DNA of 64,000 bases from Candidatus Latescibacterota bacterium. Lineage in GTDB: Bacteria; Latescibacterota; UBA2968. Below the pieces are notes generated by a model. It ran no database searches, was not told the DNA's origin, and was given only the letters and a program-made list of their open reading frames with translations. A program made the position numbers and the translations under genes. Shown here one piece after another: positions 50,304 through 61,017 of the stretch. Positions within the stretch are counted from its first letter, which is position 1. Each line of letters starts with the position of its first letter. The stretch lies in contig OZ220741.1 of NCBI GenBank assembly GCA_965116885.1, forward strand, positions 5,493,750 to 5,557,749, read 5' to 3'.

Positions 50304-50959
50304 ATTTTTACCTCTTTTGGTTGAATAACAGTAGATAAACAGGCAAATAACTTGGCAAAATCGCGGCACATATCACCCGTATTTGACACCCGGGTTTCGC
50401 CCTCGGCTACCAATCCCGCCAGTGCAAAGGTCAATCCCGTATGGACATCGCTGCCAGCATCGACCTCTATTCCCTGAAGACGCACAGGCCCCTGTACAAC
50501 CAGACCATCGGGCATTTCGCCTACCTTAGCCCCCATTTGACGCAAATTTTGAATCATCAGTGATAGGCGGTCGGTCTCTCCCCGTCTCAAATCCTCTGCA
50601 TCTCGAATAACCGTTTCGCCCGCAGCCTGCGTGCCCAGCACAGCGAGAAAAGGCACTTCACGAATAAATAGATCCGTCTGCTCACCCCCTATGCGCGTGC
50701 GCCGCAATTCAGACCCCTGGACTTTAACCGTACGCGTCACTTTTGCCTTTGATCGCGTCACCTGAATATCCAATTGTGCATTCAACCGCCGCAACAAATC
50801 CAATGCGCGCCGAGTCTTCCAATCGTCGCCCACGCAGTGAAGGGTCAAATCCGACTGCGATAACATCGCCGCAGCACCGAGCAAATACAGCGTAGTCTCG
50901 GGATCCCCCGGCACATCGCACTCTCCAATAAGCCCACGCGCTTCTTTTACCTCATACAT
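50300..50959 (-). CDS. Half-size EPSP synthase (AroA)-like protein with degenerate active-site motifs
   Basis: 219 aa; VPGD, EVPFLAVL..QAAGETVIRDAEDLR.GETDRL, LRQMGA..E.PDGL.V.G, LAGL.AEG match the AroA C-terminal half. Confidence 0.75.
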   Translation of the reverse strand: MYEVKEARGLIGECDVPGDPETTLYLLGAAAMLSQSDLTLHCVGDDWKTRRALDLLRRLNAQLDIQVTRSKAKVTRTVKVQGSELRRTRIGGEQTDLFIREVPFLAVLGTQAAGETVIRDAEDLRRGETDRLSLMIQNLRQMGAKVGEMPDGLVVQGPVRLQGIEVDAGSDVHTGLTFALAGLVAEGETRVSNTGDMCRDFAKLFACLSTVIQPKEVKI

Positions 50960-50969
50960 ACTTACCCCT

Positions 50970-52100
50970 CTAACGCAACCGCACCTGGTAACCCGCATCT
51001 CGCAAAATACCGACAGACCGCTCGGCGTCCTCCTGCTGCCCAAACCCCATCCGAATCGTCCCTCCTTCGCCTTCGCGCACCTTCAACACCTCGATATCTT
51101 CAATATTAATCCCTTCGGCAGATAGCCGCGAGGCGACATCGGCAATCACACCGGGTTTGTCTTCCACCACCAGCAAAATTTCGTGAAGCGGGTGCAAAAA
51201 CCCCTTGGAATCTTTGGGAATCTCCCCGCGAATGCGATTCGCATAGTCAAAATCTTCTAATAACGCTTCCCGATCCACCTTCTCTCGTATCGCCCCAAGT
51301 GCGTCGAGATACGCATCGATCATCTCGCGAATAGGACCGGCATTCGTCTGACAAATATCCCGCCACATCGCAAACGGACTGGAAGCAATACGCGTCAAAT
51401 CGCGGAACCCACCCGCCGCCATTTGCAGGGGAAGACCATCGGCCTCATTGAGCCTGCCCACCAATCCCACGAGTGTGGTAGCCATCATCTGCGGCAAATG
51501 ACTCACCGTTGCCGCGACCCGATCATGGGTCTCGGCCTCCATGCGCATAGAACGCGCCCCAAGGCATTGCACCAGTGCTGCAAGCGCATCCACAGTTTGA
51601 TCGGGAACACCGCTTGCGGGCGTAAGCACATAAAGCGCGTTTTCAAACAAAAAGGGATCGGCTGCACCCACACCGCTCTTTTCCGACCCCGCCATGGGAT
51701 GCCCGCCCACAAAATACACATCTTCACGCGCGACCCGTTCCGAACATGCGACAATCGCGCCCTTGGTGCTGCCCACATCTGTAATAATACAACCCGGCGA
51801 GGCCGCTCGCACAACCGCGGGCAACTGCTCCAGAATACGCACAATGGGCGAACACAAAAATACCAGATCTGACCGCTTTACGCCATTGTCCATCGCGTCG
51901 TATTCATAGCCGCTGTCAATCACACCGAGCGCACGGGCCTCTCGCAGGGTCTCCGCGCGGCTAATACCAATAATCTCGCGCCCAATACCCAATCGCTTAA
52001 ACGCCAGCCCCAGCGACCCACCAATCAAACCCACACCCACAATGGCAATCGCGGCATCTCTAAACGGAGGATCGTTCATACAAATAACCTGATACGACAT
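50970..52100 (-). CDS. tyrA: Prephenate dehydrogenase with C-terminal ACT domain
   Basis: GVGLIGGS, DVGSTK, GGHPMAGSE, SHLP, GGFRDLTRIASS, EDKPGVIA. Confidence 0.93.
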   Translation of the reverse strand: MSYQVICMNDPPFRDAAIAIVGVGLIGGSLGLAFKRLGIGREIIGISRAETLREARALGVIDSGYEYDAMDNGVKRSDLVFLCSPIVRILEQLPAVVRAASPGCIITDVGSTKGAIVACSERVAREDVYFVGGHPMAGSEKSGVGAADPFLFENALYVLTPASGVPDQTVDALAALVQCLGARSMRMEAETHDRVAATVSHLPQMMATTLVGLVGRLNEADGLPLQMAAGGFRDLTRIASSPFAMWRDICQTNAGPIREMIDAYLDALGAIREKVDREALLEDFDYANRIRGEIPKDSKGFLHPLHEILLVVEDKPGVIADVASRLSAEGINIEDIEVLKVREGEGGTIRMGFGQQEDAERSVGILRDAGYQVRLR

Positions 52101-52106
52101 AAAATC

Positions 52107-53132
52107 CTAAACCAGACCCGCCAGGTCTTTCACAAAAACTTCTGTATCTTCCCATCCCAGGCACGGGTCGGTAATCGACTTCCCAAATATCCCCTCTTCG
52201 GGTTTTTGCGCGCCTTCCTCCAGATAGCTCTCCACCATCAACCCGCGCACCACATTGTGAAGAAGCGCGGAATGGCGGCGGCTGCGCATCACCTCGAGAC
52301 CAATGCGCGGCTGTTCGGAAAACGTTTTATCTGAATTATTGTGATTGGTATCCACAATAATCGTCGGATTGCCCAACTTGCGCGCCAGATATTCCTCGGC
52401 AATATGCATCAAATCTTCGTAGTGATAATTGGGGATGCTCCGCCCATTATACGACATCCCGCGCAACACCGCATGCGTCAGCGAATTGCCCGACGTGCTG
52501 ACCTCCCAGCCATTGTGAAAAAATACATGCGGCATTTGCGCGGCATAAATGGCATTGAACATCACATCCAGATCGCCACCGGTCGGATTTTTCATCCCCG
52601 CAGGCACATCGACGCCGCTAATGGTCAGGCGATGATTCTGATTCTCAACGGACCGCGCCCCTACGGCAATATAACTCAGCAAATCCTCCACATAGGGCAA
52701 ATTCGAAGGATAGAGCATCTCATCAGCAGCCGTCAAATGCGACTCGCGAAAAGCGCGAATCTGCATCTGCCGAATGGTCTTAATCCCAACAACCATATCG
52801 GGCATACCTTCGGGATCGGGCTGATGGGCCATGCCCTTATACCCTTCGCCAGTCGTGCGCGGCTTATTGGTATAAATCCGCGGCACGAGCACCAGCTTGT
52901 CCACCACCTGCTCTTGAAGCCGCGCCAGGCGATTCACATATTCACACACCGCATCGACATTGTGCGCCGAGCAAGGACCAATAACCAACAAAAACTTATC
53001 GCTCTTGCGCTCAAAAATAGCCCGAATCTCGGCATCGCGTTCATCCTTCTTAGCCTTCAAATCATCGGGCAGTGGCAAAACATCCTGGATTTCTTCTGCA
53101 CTGGGAATGGGCTGAATCCGTTTGAAACTCAT
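52107..53132 (-). CDS. DAHP synthase class I-alpha (AroF/G/H-like)
   Basis: IGPCSA, KPRTTG.GYKG, VGARS, KNPT, DTNH.NS, KSITDPCLGW. Confidence 0.93.
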   Translation of the reverse strand: MSFKRIQPIPSAEEIQDVLPLPDDLKAKKDERDAEIRAIFERKSDKFLLVIGPCSAHNVDAVCEYVNRLARLQEQVVDKLVLVPRIYTNKPRTTGEGYKGMAHQPDPEGMPDMVVGIKTIRQMQIRAFRESHLTAADEMLYPSNLPYVEDLLSYIAVGARSVENQNHRLTISGVDVPAGMKNPTGGDLDVMFNAIYAAQMPHVFFHNGWEVSTSGNSLTHAVLRGMSYNGRSIPNYHYEDLMHIAEEYLARKLGNPTIIVDTNHNNSDKTFSEQPRIGLEVMRSRRHSALLHNVVRGLMVESYLEEGAQKPEEGIFGKSITDPCLGWEDTEVFVKDLAGLV

Positions 53133-53145
53133 AATAGTACCTTTT

Positions 53146-53427
53146 TTAAGACTCTGAATCTGCGTGATCTTCTTCCAACCGCAGTGACTCATCGATAATC
53201 TGCCTAAAAATGCGTTGCGCTGCTTCGTGACTCAAAGGACCGCCATTCAATTCGCGAATGCGGTTGAGAATCAGGGTTTCTCGTTCAGGGGCATGCAAGG
53301 GCAAATCCTCGGCAAGCTTAATTTTTCCCACAGACAGCGCACACCGGGCACGCTCATTGAGCAACTCGAGAATCTGTCCATCTAAGGCATCTATTTTCTC
53401 GCGCCAGAAATCCAGATCCTTCTCCAT
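53146..53427 (-). CDS. Chorismate mutase (AroQ class)
   Basis: REKIDALD.QILELLNERA...K...PERE. Confidence 0.9.
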   Translation of the reverse strand: MEKDLDFWREKIDALDGQILELLNERARCALSVGKIKLAEDLPLHAPERETLILNRIRELNGGPLSHEAAQRIFRQIIDESLRLEEDHADSES

Positions 53428-53430
53428 AAC

Positions 53431-54234
53431 CTACACACCTTCTCTCAAAGGGCCGATCAAAGACCCGACAAAAGTACCGACCTTTGAAACCAGGTCGGCA
53501 TCGCCCTGGTACTCACCCACACGACGCACAATCGCACTACCAACCACAACCGCATCGGCATACCGCGCAATTTCCGACACATGCTCGGGCGTTGAAATAC
53601 CAAATCCAACGGCAACGGGCATATCTGTGTACCGGCATATCGCAGACACCTTGTTTTGAATTTCATCGGCCATAGAATCGCGCTCTCCCGTCACCCCGGT
53701 GCGCGACACATAATAGACAAAACCTCTCGTATGCGACGCAATCAGCTCTATCCGATCATCGCGCGTGGTCGGTGTCACGAGAAAAATCGTATCCAGTCCG
53801 TGCACATCCATCTGCGCTTTGTAATCGCCGCCCTCTTCCGGGGGCAGATCCAGCATCAGAACACCATCCACCCCCACATCAGCAGCGCGTTTTACAAAGC
53901 GCTCCACACCGTAGCGATGAATCGGATTATAATACGTCATCAAAACAATGGGAATTTCGGTCTCAGTCCGCACATCTGCAACCATAGACAACACGCCCTC
54001 GAGCGTTGCACCAGCGGCCAAAGCGCGTTGCGACGCCTCCTGAATCACGGGACCATCGGCCAGAGGATCTGAAAAGGGAACACCCAGTTCCAAGACATCC
54101 ACACCTCGCCGATCCAGTTCCAACACCACCTGATGCGTGGTATTTAAGTCCGGATCGCCCGCAGTAATATACGCGACAAATCCCGTCCTCCCCACTTTTC
54201 TCAAATCTTCAAACCGCTGTCCAATCCGCATCAT
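53431..54234 (-). CDS. trpA: Tryptophan synthase alpha chain
   Basis: [32 protein letters not shown]. Confidence 0.96.
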   Translation of the reverse strand: MMRIGQRFEDLRKVGRTGFVAYITAGDPDLNTTHQVVLELDRRGVDVLELGVPFSDPLADGPVIQEASQRALAAGATLEGVLSMVADVRTETEIPIVLMTYYNPIHRYGVERFVKRAADVGVDGVLMLDLPPEEGGDYKAQMDVHGLDTIFLVTPTTRDDRIELIASHTRGFVYYVSRTGVTGERDSMADEIQNKVSAICRYTDMPVAVGFGISTPEHVSEIARYADAVVVGSAIVRRVGEYQGDADLVSKVGTFVGSLIGPLREGV

Positions 54235-55436
54235 CTCACTCCTTCGATAAACCGCGCCGCTTGCTGCACATCTTTGTCCCCGCGTCCCGATAAATTGACC
54301 ACCACAATCTGATCTCGACTCATCTCGGGGGCCAACTTGCAAACATGGGCAATAGCGTGTGAACTCTCCAAAGCGGGAATAATCCCTTCGGTATGACTGA
54401 GCAACTCAAAAGCACTGAGAGCTTCCTCGTCCGTCGCATACGTATAAGTCGTACGCGCCATATCTCGCAAATAGCAATGCTCTGGCCCCACACCCGAATA
54501 ATCGAGACCCGCCGACACCGAATGCGTCAATGCGATTTGTCCATCATCATCTTGCAACACATAAATACGCGCACCGTGCAAAACCCCTAAATCGCCGCCA
54601 TTAAATCGCGCAGCGTGCTCGCCAGATTCAATACCGTGCCCGCCGGCCTCCACGCCGATCATCTGCACATTGGCATCATCCAAAAAAGCGTGAAACAACC
54701 CGATAGAATTGCTTCCCCCGCCCACACATGCGACGAGCACATCGGGCAATCGGCCTTCCCTCTCCAAAATTTGAGCACGGGCTTCAACGCCAATAACCCG
54801 CTGAAAATCGCGCACAATCATCGGATACGGATGCGGTCCCAAAACCGAACCAAAAATGTAAAACGTATCCTCCACATTGGTCACCCAGTCGCGGATGGCC
54901 TCATTAATCGCATCCTTCAGGGTTTTGCTACCCGCATGGACACCCGTAACTTTCGCACCCAGGAGCCGCATGCGAAACACATTGAGCGCTTGCCGTTCCA
55001 TATCTTCAACACCCATGTAAATTTCGCATTTGAGACCGAACATCGCCGCCACAGTTGCCGTTGCCACGCCGTGTTGCCCGGCACCGGTCTCAGCAATAAT
55101 CCGCGTCTTGCCCATTCGGTTGGCAAGTAAAATCTGCCCCATGGCATGATTGATTTTATGCGCCCCCGTATGGGCGAGGTCTTCGCGCTTGAGATAAATT
55201 TTAGGCCCGTCGAGTTCTTCTGTCAACCGCTCGGCAAAATAAAGCGGCGTGGGCCGCCCAACATAATCGCGCAAATATCGATCCAGTTCAGCCCAAAACT
55301 CGGGATCGCGCTTTGCCTCCCGATAGGCTGCCTCCAGGTCTTCCAAGAGTGCCATAAGCGTTTCGGGCACATACTGCCCCCCATAAGGCCCAAAATGCCC
55401 GCGCGCATCGGGCAAATCAGTCACGGTCATGCTCAT
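54231..55436 (-). CDS. trpB: Tryptophan synthase beta chain
   Basis: [36 protein letters not shown]. Confidence 0.97.
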   Translation of the reverse strand: MSMTVTDLPDARGHFGPYGGQYVPETLMALLEDLEAAYREAKRDPEFWAELDRYLRDYVGRPTPLYFAERLTEELDGPKIYLKREDLAHTGAHKINHAMGQILLANRMGKTRIIAETGAGQHGVATATVAAMFGLKCEIYMGVEDMERQALNVFRMRLLGAKVTGVHAGSKTLKDAINEAIRDWVTNVEDTFYIFGSVLGPHPYPMIVRDFQRVIGVEARAQILEREGRLPDVLVACVGGGSNSIGLFHAFLDDANVQMIGVEAGGHGIESGEHAARFNGGDLGVLHGARIYVLQDDDGQIALTHSVSAGLDYSGVGPEHCYLRDMARTTYTYATDEEALSAFELLSHTEGIIPALESSHAIAHVCKLAPEMSRDQIVVVNLSGRGDKDVQQAARFIEGVR

Positions 55437-55783
55437 CCTTTCCCCCGAATCTTTGCAGAAATATAATTCAAAACATCACTAAGATTCTGCTGTTGAGAAG
55501 CCTCAATGCGTTCTCGGCGATGTCGATGGTGTGGGAATGTCTCAATCTCAAAGTGATGATTGCTATTATCCCAGCCTATCAACAGATCATTATCTTGATC
55601 AAGCCAGTAATAACTATATCGCTTCAACACACCACTTACAAATACTTCAGAAATCCTCAAGTTCGTGCCATCTCCAAGATACGCGATAATTTTTATTTGT
55701 TCCAGATCGCGCCGAACACGATGCAGAACAACCTCATAATCAAGAATAATATCCCGATATTGATTTAGGATATCAGTAGCCAT
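55433..55783 (-). CDS. DUF6516/TumE-like toxin
   Basis: YSYYW...GWDN..HH..I.TFPHHRH motif; AT-rich; coupled to the upstream gene. Confidence 0.75.
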   Translation of the reverse strand: MATDILNQYRDIILDYEVVLHRVRRDLEQIKIIAYLGDGTNLRISEVFVSGVLKRYSYYWLDQDNDLLIGWDNSNHHFEIETFPHHRHRRERIEASQQQNLSDVLNYISAKIRGKG

Positions 55784-56109
55784 TACGGGGATAAGAATTG
55801 GCGTAAAGTATTTAAGACTTGTTGAGCACGCTGCACACATTCAGTCCAAAAATACCAATCGTTGTAATCCTCCTGATAATCAACTCCGACCAATTCTAAA
55901 TCATTGATTTTTTTTTCGTAATCTTCAAAAGAGAGGCCATATTTATCTTTATAGTAATCCAAATATTCTTGTCCTTCTCTGATTTCCTCCTCTACCTGAA
56001 CAACGCGATCCTCAACCGCGCGTCTCAATGCACGTCCCATAAGGAGTGCTTGTTCTTTTTTTGGCAGACCACTCAGAACATCCGGAATATCCAAGATAAT
56101 TTCACCCAT
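55783..56109 (-). CDS. Putative antitoxin partner (TumA-like)
   Basis: YKDKYGLSFEDY...EDYNDW helical motif; stop overlaps the toxin start. Confidence 0.6.
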   Translation of the reverse strand: MGEIILDIPDVLSGLPKKEQALLMGRALRRAVEDRVVQVEEEIREGQEYLDYYKDKYGLSFEDYEKKINDLELVGVDYQEDYNDWYFWTECVQRAQQVLNTLRQFLSP

Positions 56110-56202
56110 GTTTACCTCTCTCAAAATCGGCGAGACATACGGCGCGAGCACACGCAGGCAACGCAGACCGTTAGCCTACCCATACCACAACGCCAGTAAA
56201 AG

Positions 56203-57180
56203 CTAAATATCTCCAACTACCCGATCGTAAAATGCCAGATACTGCTCGCGGTCATCACCATCGAGCAATGCCATTGCCTCGCGGGGATGCTGGTTGTGCT
56301 GGCCCGTGATATTATAGGGCACCAGAGGACCCCAAGTCATTTCGCTACGCAACTTGACAAAATGATCTTCCAGCAACTTATAGACAGGACGGATTTTAAA
56401 CTTGGGATTCCGCAAAAAACCGAGCAACAATTCCATGGGACAATTGCCCGCACCGCGCCCCAATCCATCCACAGTGGCGTCAACCCGATTGGCCCCCAAA
56501 ATAATGGCCTCAATAGTATTGGCAAATGCCAGTTGCTGATTATTGTGCGCGTGAATACCCACCTCTTTGCCCGAACCCTTGGTCGCCTCCATGTATTTTC
56601 GCACGAGCATATCAACCTGCTCTCGATACAGCGCACCGAAACTATCCACCACACAAATCGTGCCCACAGGGGTTTCCATCAACACCTCTAACGCCTGATC
56701 AATCTCGACATCTTGCACCTTCGAAATCGCCATAATATTACAACTCGTTTCATACCCCTTCTCGTGGGCATCGAGCAACATTTCAACAGTCTCGGGAATC
56801 TGCTCGACATAACACGCTACGCGCACCATATCGACCACGCTCTCGCTGGATGGCAGAATATCTTCTGCCCAATCGCTCTTGCCGGCATCGGCCATAATCG
56901 CGAGTTTCATCCCCGTCGCTTCGGGATCGTGATCCCCGGTAATATTGCGAATATCCTCTTCATCGCTGTGGCGGAACGCACCAAAATCTCCTTTGGGGAA
57001 CATCTCTTTGGAGTTTCGGTACCCAATTTCCATATAATCAACACCCGAAGCGACACATGTTTCATACACGGCCTTCACAAAATCATCATCAAAATGATGG
57101 TCATTCATCAAACCGCCATCTCGGATCGTACAATCGAGTACCTTGAGTTCCGGGCGGTAGGTAATCCAGGGTGCTTTCAT
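56203..57180 (-). CDS. DRE-TIM (HMGL-like) aldolase, 4-hydroxy-2-oxovalerate aldolase-like
   Basis: LDCTIRDGG, VDSFG, IHAHNNQQLAFAN, GLGRGAGNC. Confidence 0.85.
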   Translation of the reverse strand: MKAPWITYRPELKVLDCTIRDGGLMNDHHFDDDFVKAVYETCVASGVDYMEIGYRNSKEMFPKGDFGAFRHSDEEDIRNITGDHDPEATGMKLAIMADAGKSDWAEDILPSSESVVDMVRVACYVEQIPETVEMLLDAHEKGYETSCNIMAISKVQDVEIDQALEVLMETPVGTICVVDSFGALYREQVDMLVRKYMEATKGSGKEVGIHAHNNQQLAFANTIEAIILGANRVDATVDGLGRGAGNCPMELLLGFLRNPKFKIRPVYKLLEDHFVKLRSEMTWGPLVPYNITGQHNQHPREAMALLDGDDREQYLAFYDRVVGDI

Positions 57181-57238
57181 AAAAAATCCTTCCTTTGGAG
57201 TTAATTAGTTAGTGAAAAATCTACGTACACCTGCCCAA

Positions 57239-58501
57239 TCACATCGACCACCTCACCAAAAAGTAGCGGCGTTTACCACGGCGCATCACCAGATATTTTC
57301 CAGCCAGTCTTTCAGAAGGCTTTAATACATGACTCATATCTGTACACCTTTGACCATTGATATAAATAGCACCATTCCCGATATCTTCACGCGCCTGTCG
57401 TCTGGACGACGAAATCCGCGCATCCACGAGCAAATCGATCAACCCCGCTTCATCAACACCATTGAGCGCGTAAGATGGCACATCGCTAAACCCTTCTGCG
57501 ATCTCCTGTTCATTCAAATCCCGCAAATTGCCGTAAAACAACGCCTCGGAAATATGCACAGCGCGATCCTTTGCGGCTGCACCGTGGATAAAAGTCGTCA
57601 CCTCTTCGGCCAGCACGCGCTGCGCCTCGCGCTTCTCGGGTCGCGCCTTCACCTCTCGTTCCAACTCCTCTATGCGTTCGCGGCTCAAAAAAGTGAACAA
57701 CTTCAAAAATTTCACCACATCGCGATCTGCTGCATTCACCCAAAACTGATAAAACTGATAGGGCGATGTCTTCTCGGGATCGAGCCATAACGTTCCCGTC
57801 TCGGTCTTGCCAAACTTTGTCCCATCCGACTTTTCCAGCAACGGAAAAGTCAACCCATACACAGTCTTATTGAGCACGCGCCGACACAATTCTATACCCG
57901 CCGTAATATTGCCCCACTGATCGCTACCCCCGATCTGAAGCTCACAGCCATACTCCCGTTTCAACTCCATAAAGTCATAAGCCTGCAAAACCATATAACT
58001 AAATTCGGTAAACGAAATCCCGGTTGAAAGACGCGACGACACCGACTCTTTGCCCAACATATACCCCATTGAAAAGTGTTTGCCCACATCCCGCAAAAAT
58101 TCAATTGTACGCAACTCTGAAAGCCAGGTATAATTGCTCACCATCAGCGCCTGGTTGTGCCCGGTCTCAAAATCCAGATACTTTTCCAATTGCACACGCT
58201 GACGCTCTGTATATGCCTGCACCACCTCCAGTGAATTCAACTGTCGCTCTTCTGCTTTCCCACTCGGGTCACCAATCAACCCCGTACCACCGCCCACAAG
58301 TGCAATGGGCTTGTGCCCCGCATCTTGAAAGCGACGCAATCCCATAATGGGAACCAGACTGCCCGCATGCAGACTATCGGCAGTGGGATCAAATCCACAA
58401 TACAGTGTCATCTGCCCCTCTGCCAAACGCCTGCGGAGCCTATCCTCATCTGTCATCTGAAAAATATAGCCACGAAATGCCAAATCGTCTAATACATCCA
58501 C
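57239..58501 (-). CDS. tyrS: Tyrosine--tRNA ligase
   Basis: YCGFDPTADSLHAG, QIGGSDQWGNI, KFGKT, S4 domain RRGKR. Confidence 0.97.
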   Translation of the reverse strand: MDVLDDLAFRGYIFQMTDEDRLRRRLAEGQMTLYCGFDPTADSLHAGSLVPIMGLRRFQDAGHKPIALVGGGTGLIGDPSGKAEERQLNSLEVVQAYTERQRVQLEKYLDFETGHNQALMVSNYTWLSELRTIEFLRDVGKHFSMGYMLGKESVSSRLSTGISFTEFSYMVLQAYDFMELKREYGCELQIGGSDQWGNITAGIELCRRVLNKTVYGLTFPLLEKSDGTKFGKTETGTLWLDPEKTSPYQFYQFWVNAADRDVVKFLKLFTFLSRERIEELEREVKARPEKREAQRVLAEEVTTFIHGAAAKDRAVHISEALFYGNLRDLNEQEIAEGFSDVPSYALNGVDEAGLIDLLVDARISSSRRQAREDIGNGAIYINGQRCTDMSHVLKPSERLAGKYLVMRRGKRRYFLVRWSM

Positions 58502-58522
58502 GTTTTTATCTCCATATTCATA

Positions 58523-59128
58523 TCACGCTTTTACGCGCGCCAAAAAATCTCGTACTTTTTTGTGGTCCTTCTTCCCCGGCTCGGATTCTACGCCACTACT
58601 CGTATCCACTGAGTATGGATCAACTTGCTCAATCGCCTCCTGAATATTATCCGGATTTAGCCCACCGGCAAGAATAATGCGCCCATACCTTTTTGCCTCC
58701 ACCGCCTTTGTCCAGTCAAATGTCTCCCCTGTACCGCCGTAAGACCCCGCTTTCTCTGTATCCAATAAGAAGGTATTGACCAGATACGACCCCATCGTCT
58801 GCACATCAAAATCACACCCTACGCGAAGCGCGCGAATCACAGGAACCGCATGCCCCAGACATGCTTCGGGAGGTTCATCTCCGTGCAATTGAATCGCCCG
58901 CAGCCCCGCCAACTTCACGGCTATATCAATCTCTCGCTCCGATGCATTTACGAATACCCCTACCGGAGTCACAAAAGGCGGCAAATCAAAAATAATTTCT
59001 CCGGCTTTCTCGGGCGCGATATAGCGAAGGCTCCTCTCGTAAAAATTAAACCCCAGGGCATCTGCACCATAATCAACCGCGCACAGCGCATCATCCCGAT
59101 TTGTAACACCGCAAATTTTAGCTCGCAT
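58523..59128 (-). CDS. trpF: Phosphoribosylanthranilate isomerase
   Basis: KICG, QLHGDE, GGTGETFDW, LAGGL, DTSSGVE. Confidence 0.95.
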   Translation of the reverse strand: MRAKICGVTNRDDALCAVDYGADALGFNFYERSLRYIAPEKAGEIIFDLPPFVTPVGVFVNASEREIDIAVKLAGLRAIQLHGDEPPEACLGHAVPVIRALRVGCDFDVQTMGSYLVNTFLLDTEKAGSYGGTGETFDWTKAVEAKRYGRIILAGGLNPDNIQEAIEQVDPYSVDTSSGVESEPGKKDHKKVRDFLARVKA

Positions 59129-59909
59129 GCCCTATCAACTCCTGCAACTTAACGGCAATATCCGGTTCGCGCATCAAACTCTCGCCCACCAGCACGGCAT
59201 CTGCGCCCGCATCTCGAAGCGCGACAACATCCTCGCGCGTATAAATACCGCTCTCACTCACCTTCAACACGTCATCGGGAATGTAATTGATCAACCCATA
59301 AGTCGTATCCAGAGACGTATCAAAAGTTTTCAAATTCCGATTGTTAATCCCAACAATCTCTGCCCCAGCATCGAGCGCAACCATCAGTTCTTCTCTCTCA
59401 TGCACCTCCACCACCGCATTCAGCCCCAATGCCCGACTCGTCGCTATAAATGAAGACAAGTCTTCAGGCATTAAAATCGACACAATCAACAGCACAGCCG
59501 AAGCCCCAATCGCGCGCGCCTCGTAAATCTGATAGGGATCAATCGTGAAATCCTTTCGCAAAATGGGCCGATCGACAACTGTTGAAATCTGAGTCAAATA
59601 ATCTGCCGATCCCTGAAAAAACTTCTCATCCGTCAATACCGAAAGCGCCGAAGCCCCATTTTCCACATAAATTTTCGCAATATCCACCGCGTCAAAATCC
59701 CTGCGGATCACGCCCTTAGACGGCGAAGCCTTTTTCACCTCGGCGATCAAAGCAATATCATCCCCATCTATCAGCCCATCAAAAAACGAAGGCGGCTCTG
59801 GCGCATCTTCTGCCAACTGCGCCATCTCCTCAAACGGCGTCTGCGCCATACACCTGGCGAGAAACCTGCGTTTATACGCCACAATTTTGTCGAGAATATT
59901 GCCAGCCAT
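59118..59909 (-). CDS. trpC: Indole-3-glycerol phosphate synthase
   Basis: IAEVKKASPSKG, LRKDF, GINNRNL, SESGI. Confidence 0.96.
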   Translation of the reverse strand: MAGNILDKIVAYKRRFLARCMAQTPFEEMAQLAEDAPEPPSFFDGLIDGDDIALIAEVKKASPSKGVIRRDFDAVDIAKIYVENGASALSVLTDEKFFQGSADYLTQISTVVDRPILRKDFTIDPYQIYEARAIGASAVLLIVSILMPEDLSSFIATSRALGLNAVVEVHEREELMVALDAGAEIVGINNRNLKTFDTSLDTTYGLINYIPDDVLKVSESGIYTREDVVALRDAGADAVLVGESLMREPDIAVKLQELIGHAS

Positions 59910-59934
59910 AAAATCCCACCATCCTCAGACAGCG

Positions 59935-60999
59935 CTAAAGCCAGGACCGCGGGTCTGGAACAGACACCCATCCATTTTCGCGCACAGCCTGCAACCCCGC
60001 AATACCGGGCAGTGTCATATCCAGTGCCTGCATCAAATCTATCGGCGATCGCAATCCATTCACAATCGCCTGCACAAAATCCAAAACAATGAGCATACTC
60101 GTTTTGCCGTGCCCTGCACCGAGCGCGTCCGAAAACTGGGACAACTCGGGATGGTGGCATTCTTCTCGCGTCACCTGCTCCTTATTCCCCACCGAATAAT
60201 AACACACCGTTCGTGCTTCGCGAAATCGCCCCGTCTCTAAAGAACCCTCATCGCCATAAAAACTCAAAAAATGGCTCATCCCATGCACATTCTGAAACGA
60301 ATTTGTCAACCTGAACACCGCACCTTCTTCTGTTCGGAACAAAGCCGTCTGCACCCAATCTGCTTCATATCCCTCTAAAAATTCATCTCTCCCTGAAGCC
60401 GAAACAGCCATGACCTCAACCAGACGATCACCCGTCATATTCAAATACGGCGACGTCCCATGTGTCGGATAAAGAAGGGGTTGCAAACTATTCCGCCAGG
60501 TAGATCGTCCATCGGGATGTCGTCTCAACGCTTTTAGACCGTGAATATACTCGGCCTCGGCATAGTAAATACGCCCCAACTTCCGCGCTTCATAAAGCGA
60601 TCTCGCACGCACCACACTGGGCTCATAAACCCAATTCTCAGCCATCATATAAATGCGATCACTTTTTGAAACGACCTCGACCAATGCCTTTGCCTCATCC
60701 ATAGTCAGCGCAGCGGGCACGGCACACAAAACGTGCTTACCTGCCCGAATTGCTCGAATCACATGTTCTGCATGAAGCGGCGCGGGCGTAAAAATAGCCA
60801 CCGCATCAACCCGTTCATCGACGACCAGATCATCAAAAGCCGCATAACAAACATCGACACCCAACTGCTCTTTTGCCTCGTCCTGTCTCTCCTCCTGAAT
60901 ATCACAAACAGCGACCAACTCAGTCTCGGCATACGCATCAAACACCCGCGCCCAGGACATGCCAAATCGCAAACCAGCAACACCTACAGAGAGGGCCAT
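59935..60999 (-). CDS. Gfo/Idh/MocA family oxidoreductase
   Basis: Rossmann N-terminus, TPAPLHA, AGKHVLC, YAEAEYIH, YPTH. Confidence 0.88.
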   Translation of the reverse strand: MALSVGVAGLRFGMSWARVFDAYAETELVAVCDIQEERQDEAKEQLGVDVCYAAFDDLVVDERVDAVAIFTPAPLHAEHVIRAIRAGKHVLCAVPAALTMDEAKALVEVVSKSDRIYMMAENWVYEPSVVRARSLYEARKLGRIYYAEAEYIHGLKALRRHPDGRSTWRNSLQPLLYPTHGTSPYLNMTGDRLVEVMAVSASGRDEFLEGYEADWVQTALFRTEEGAVFRLTNSFQNVHGMSHFLSFYGDEGSLETGRFREARTVCYYSVGNKEQVTREECHHPELSQFSDALGAGHGKTSMLIVLDFVQAIVNGLRSPIDLMQALDMTLPGIAGLQAVRENGWVSVPDPRSWL

Positions 61000-61017
61000 T
61001 TTACTTCACCTCCAGAA

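Noticed and set aside
58501..58523. T-box or attenuator before tyrS or the trp genes
   Set aside because: The gap is about 20 bp, and the trpE leader is outside the window.
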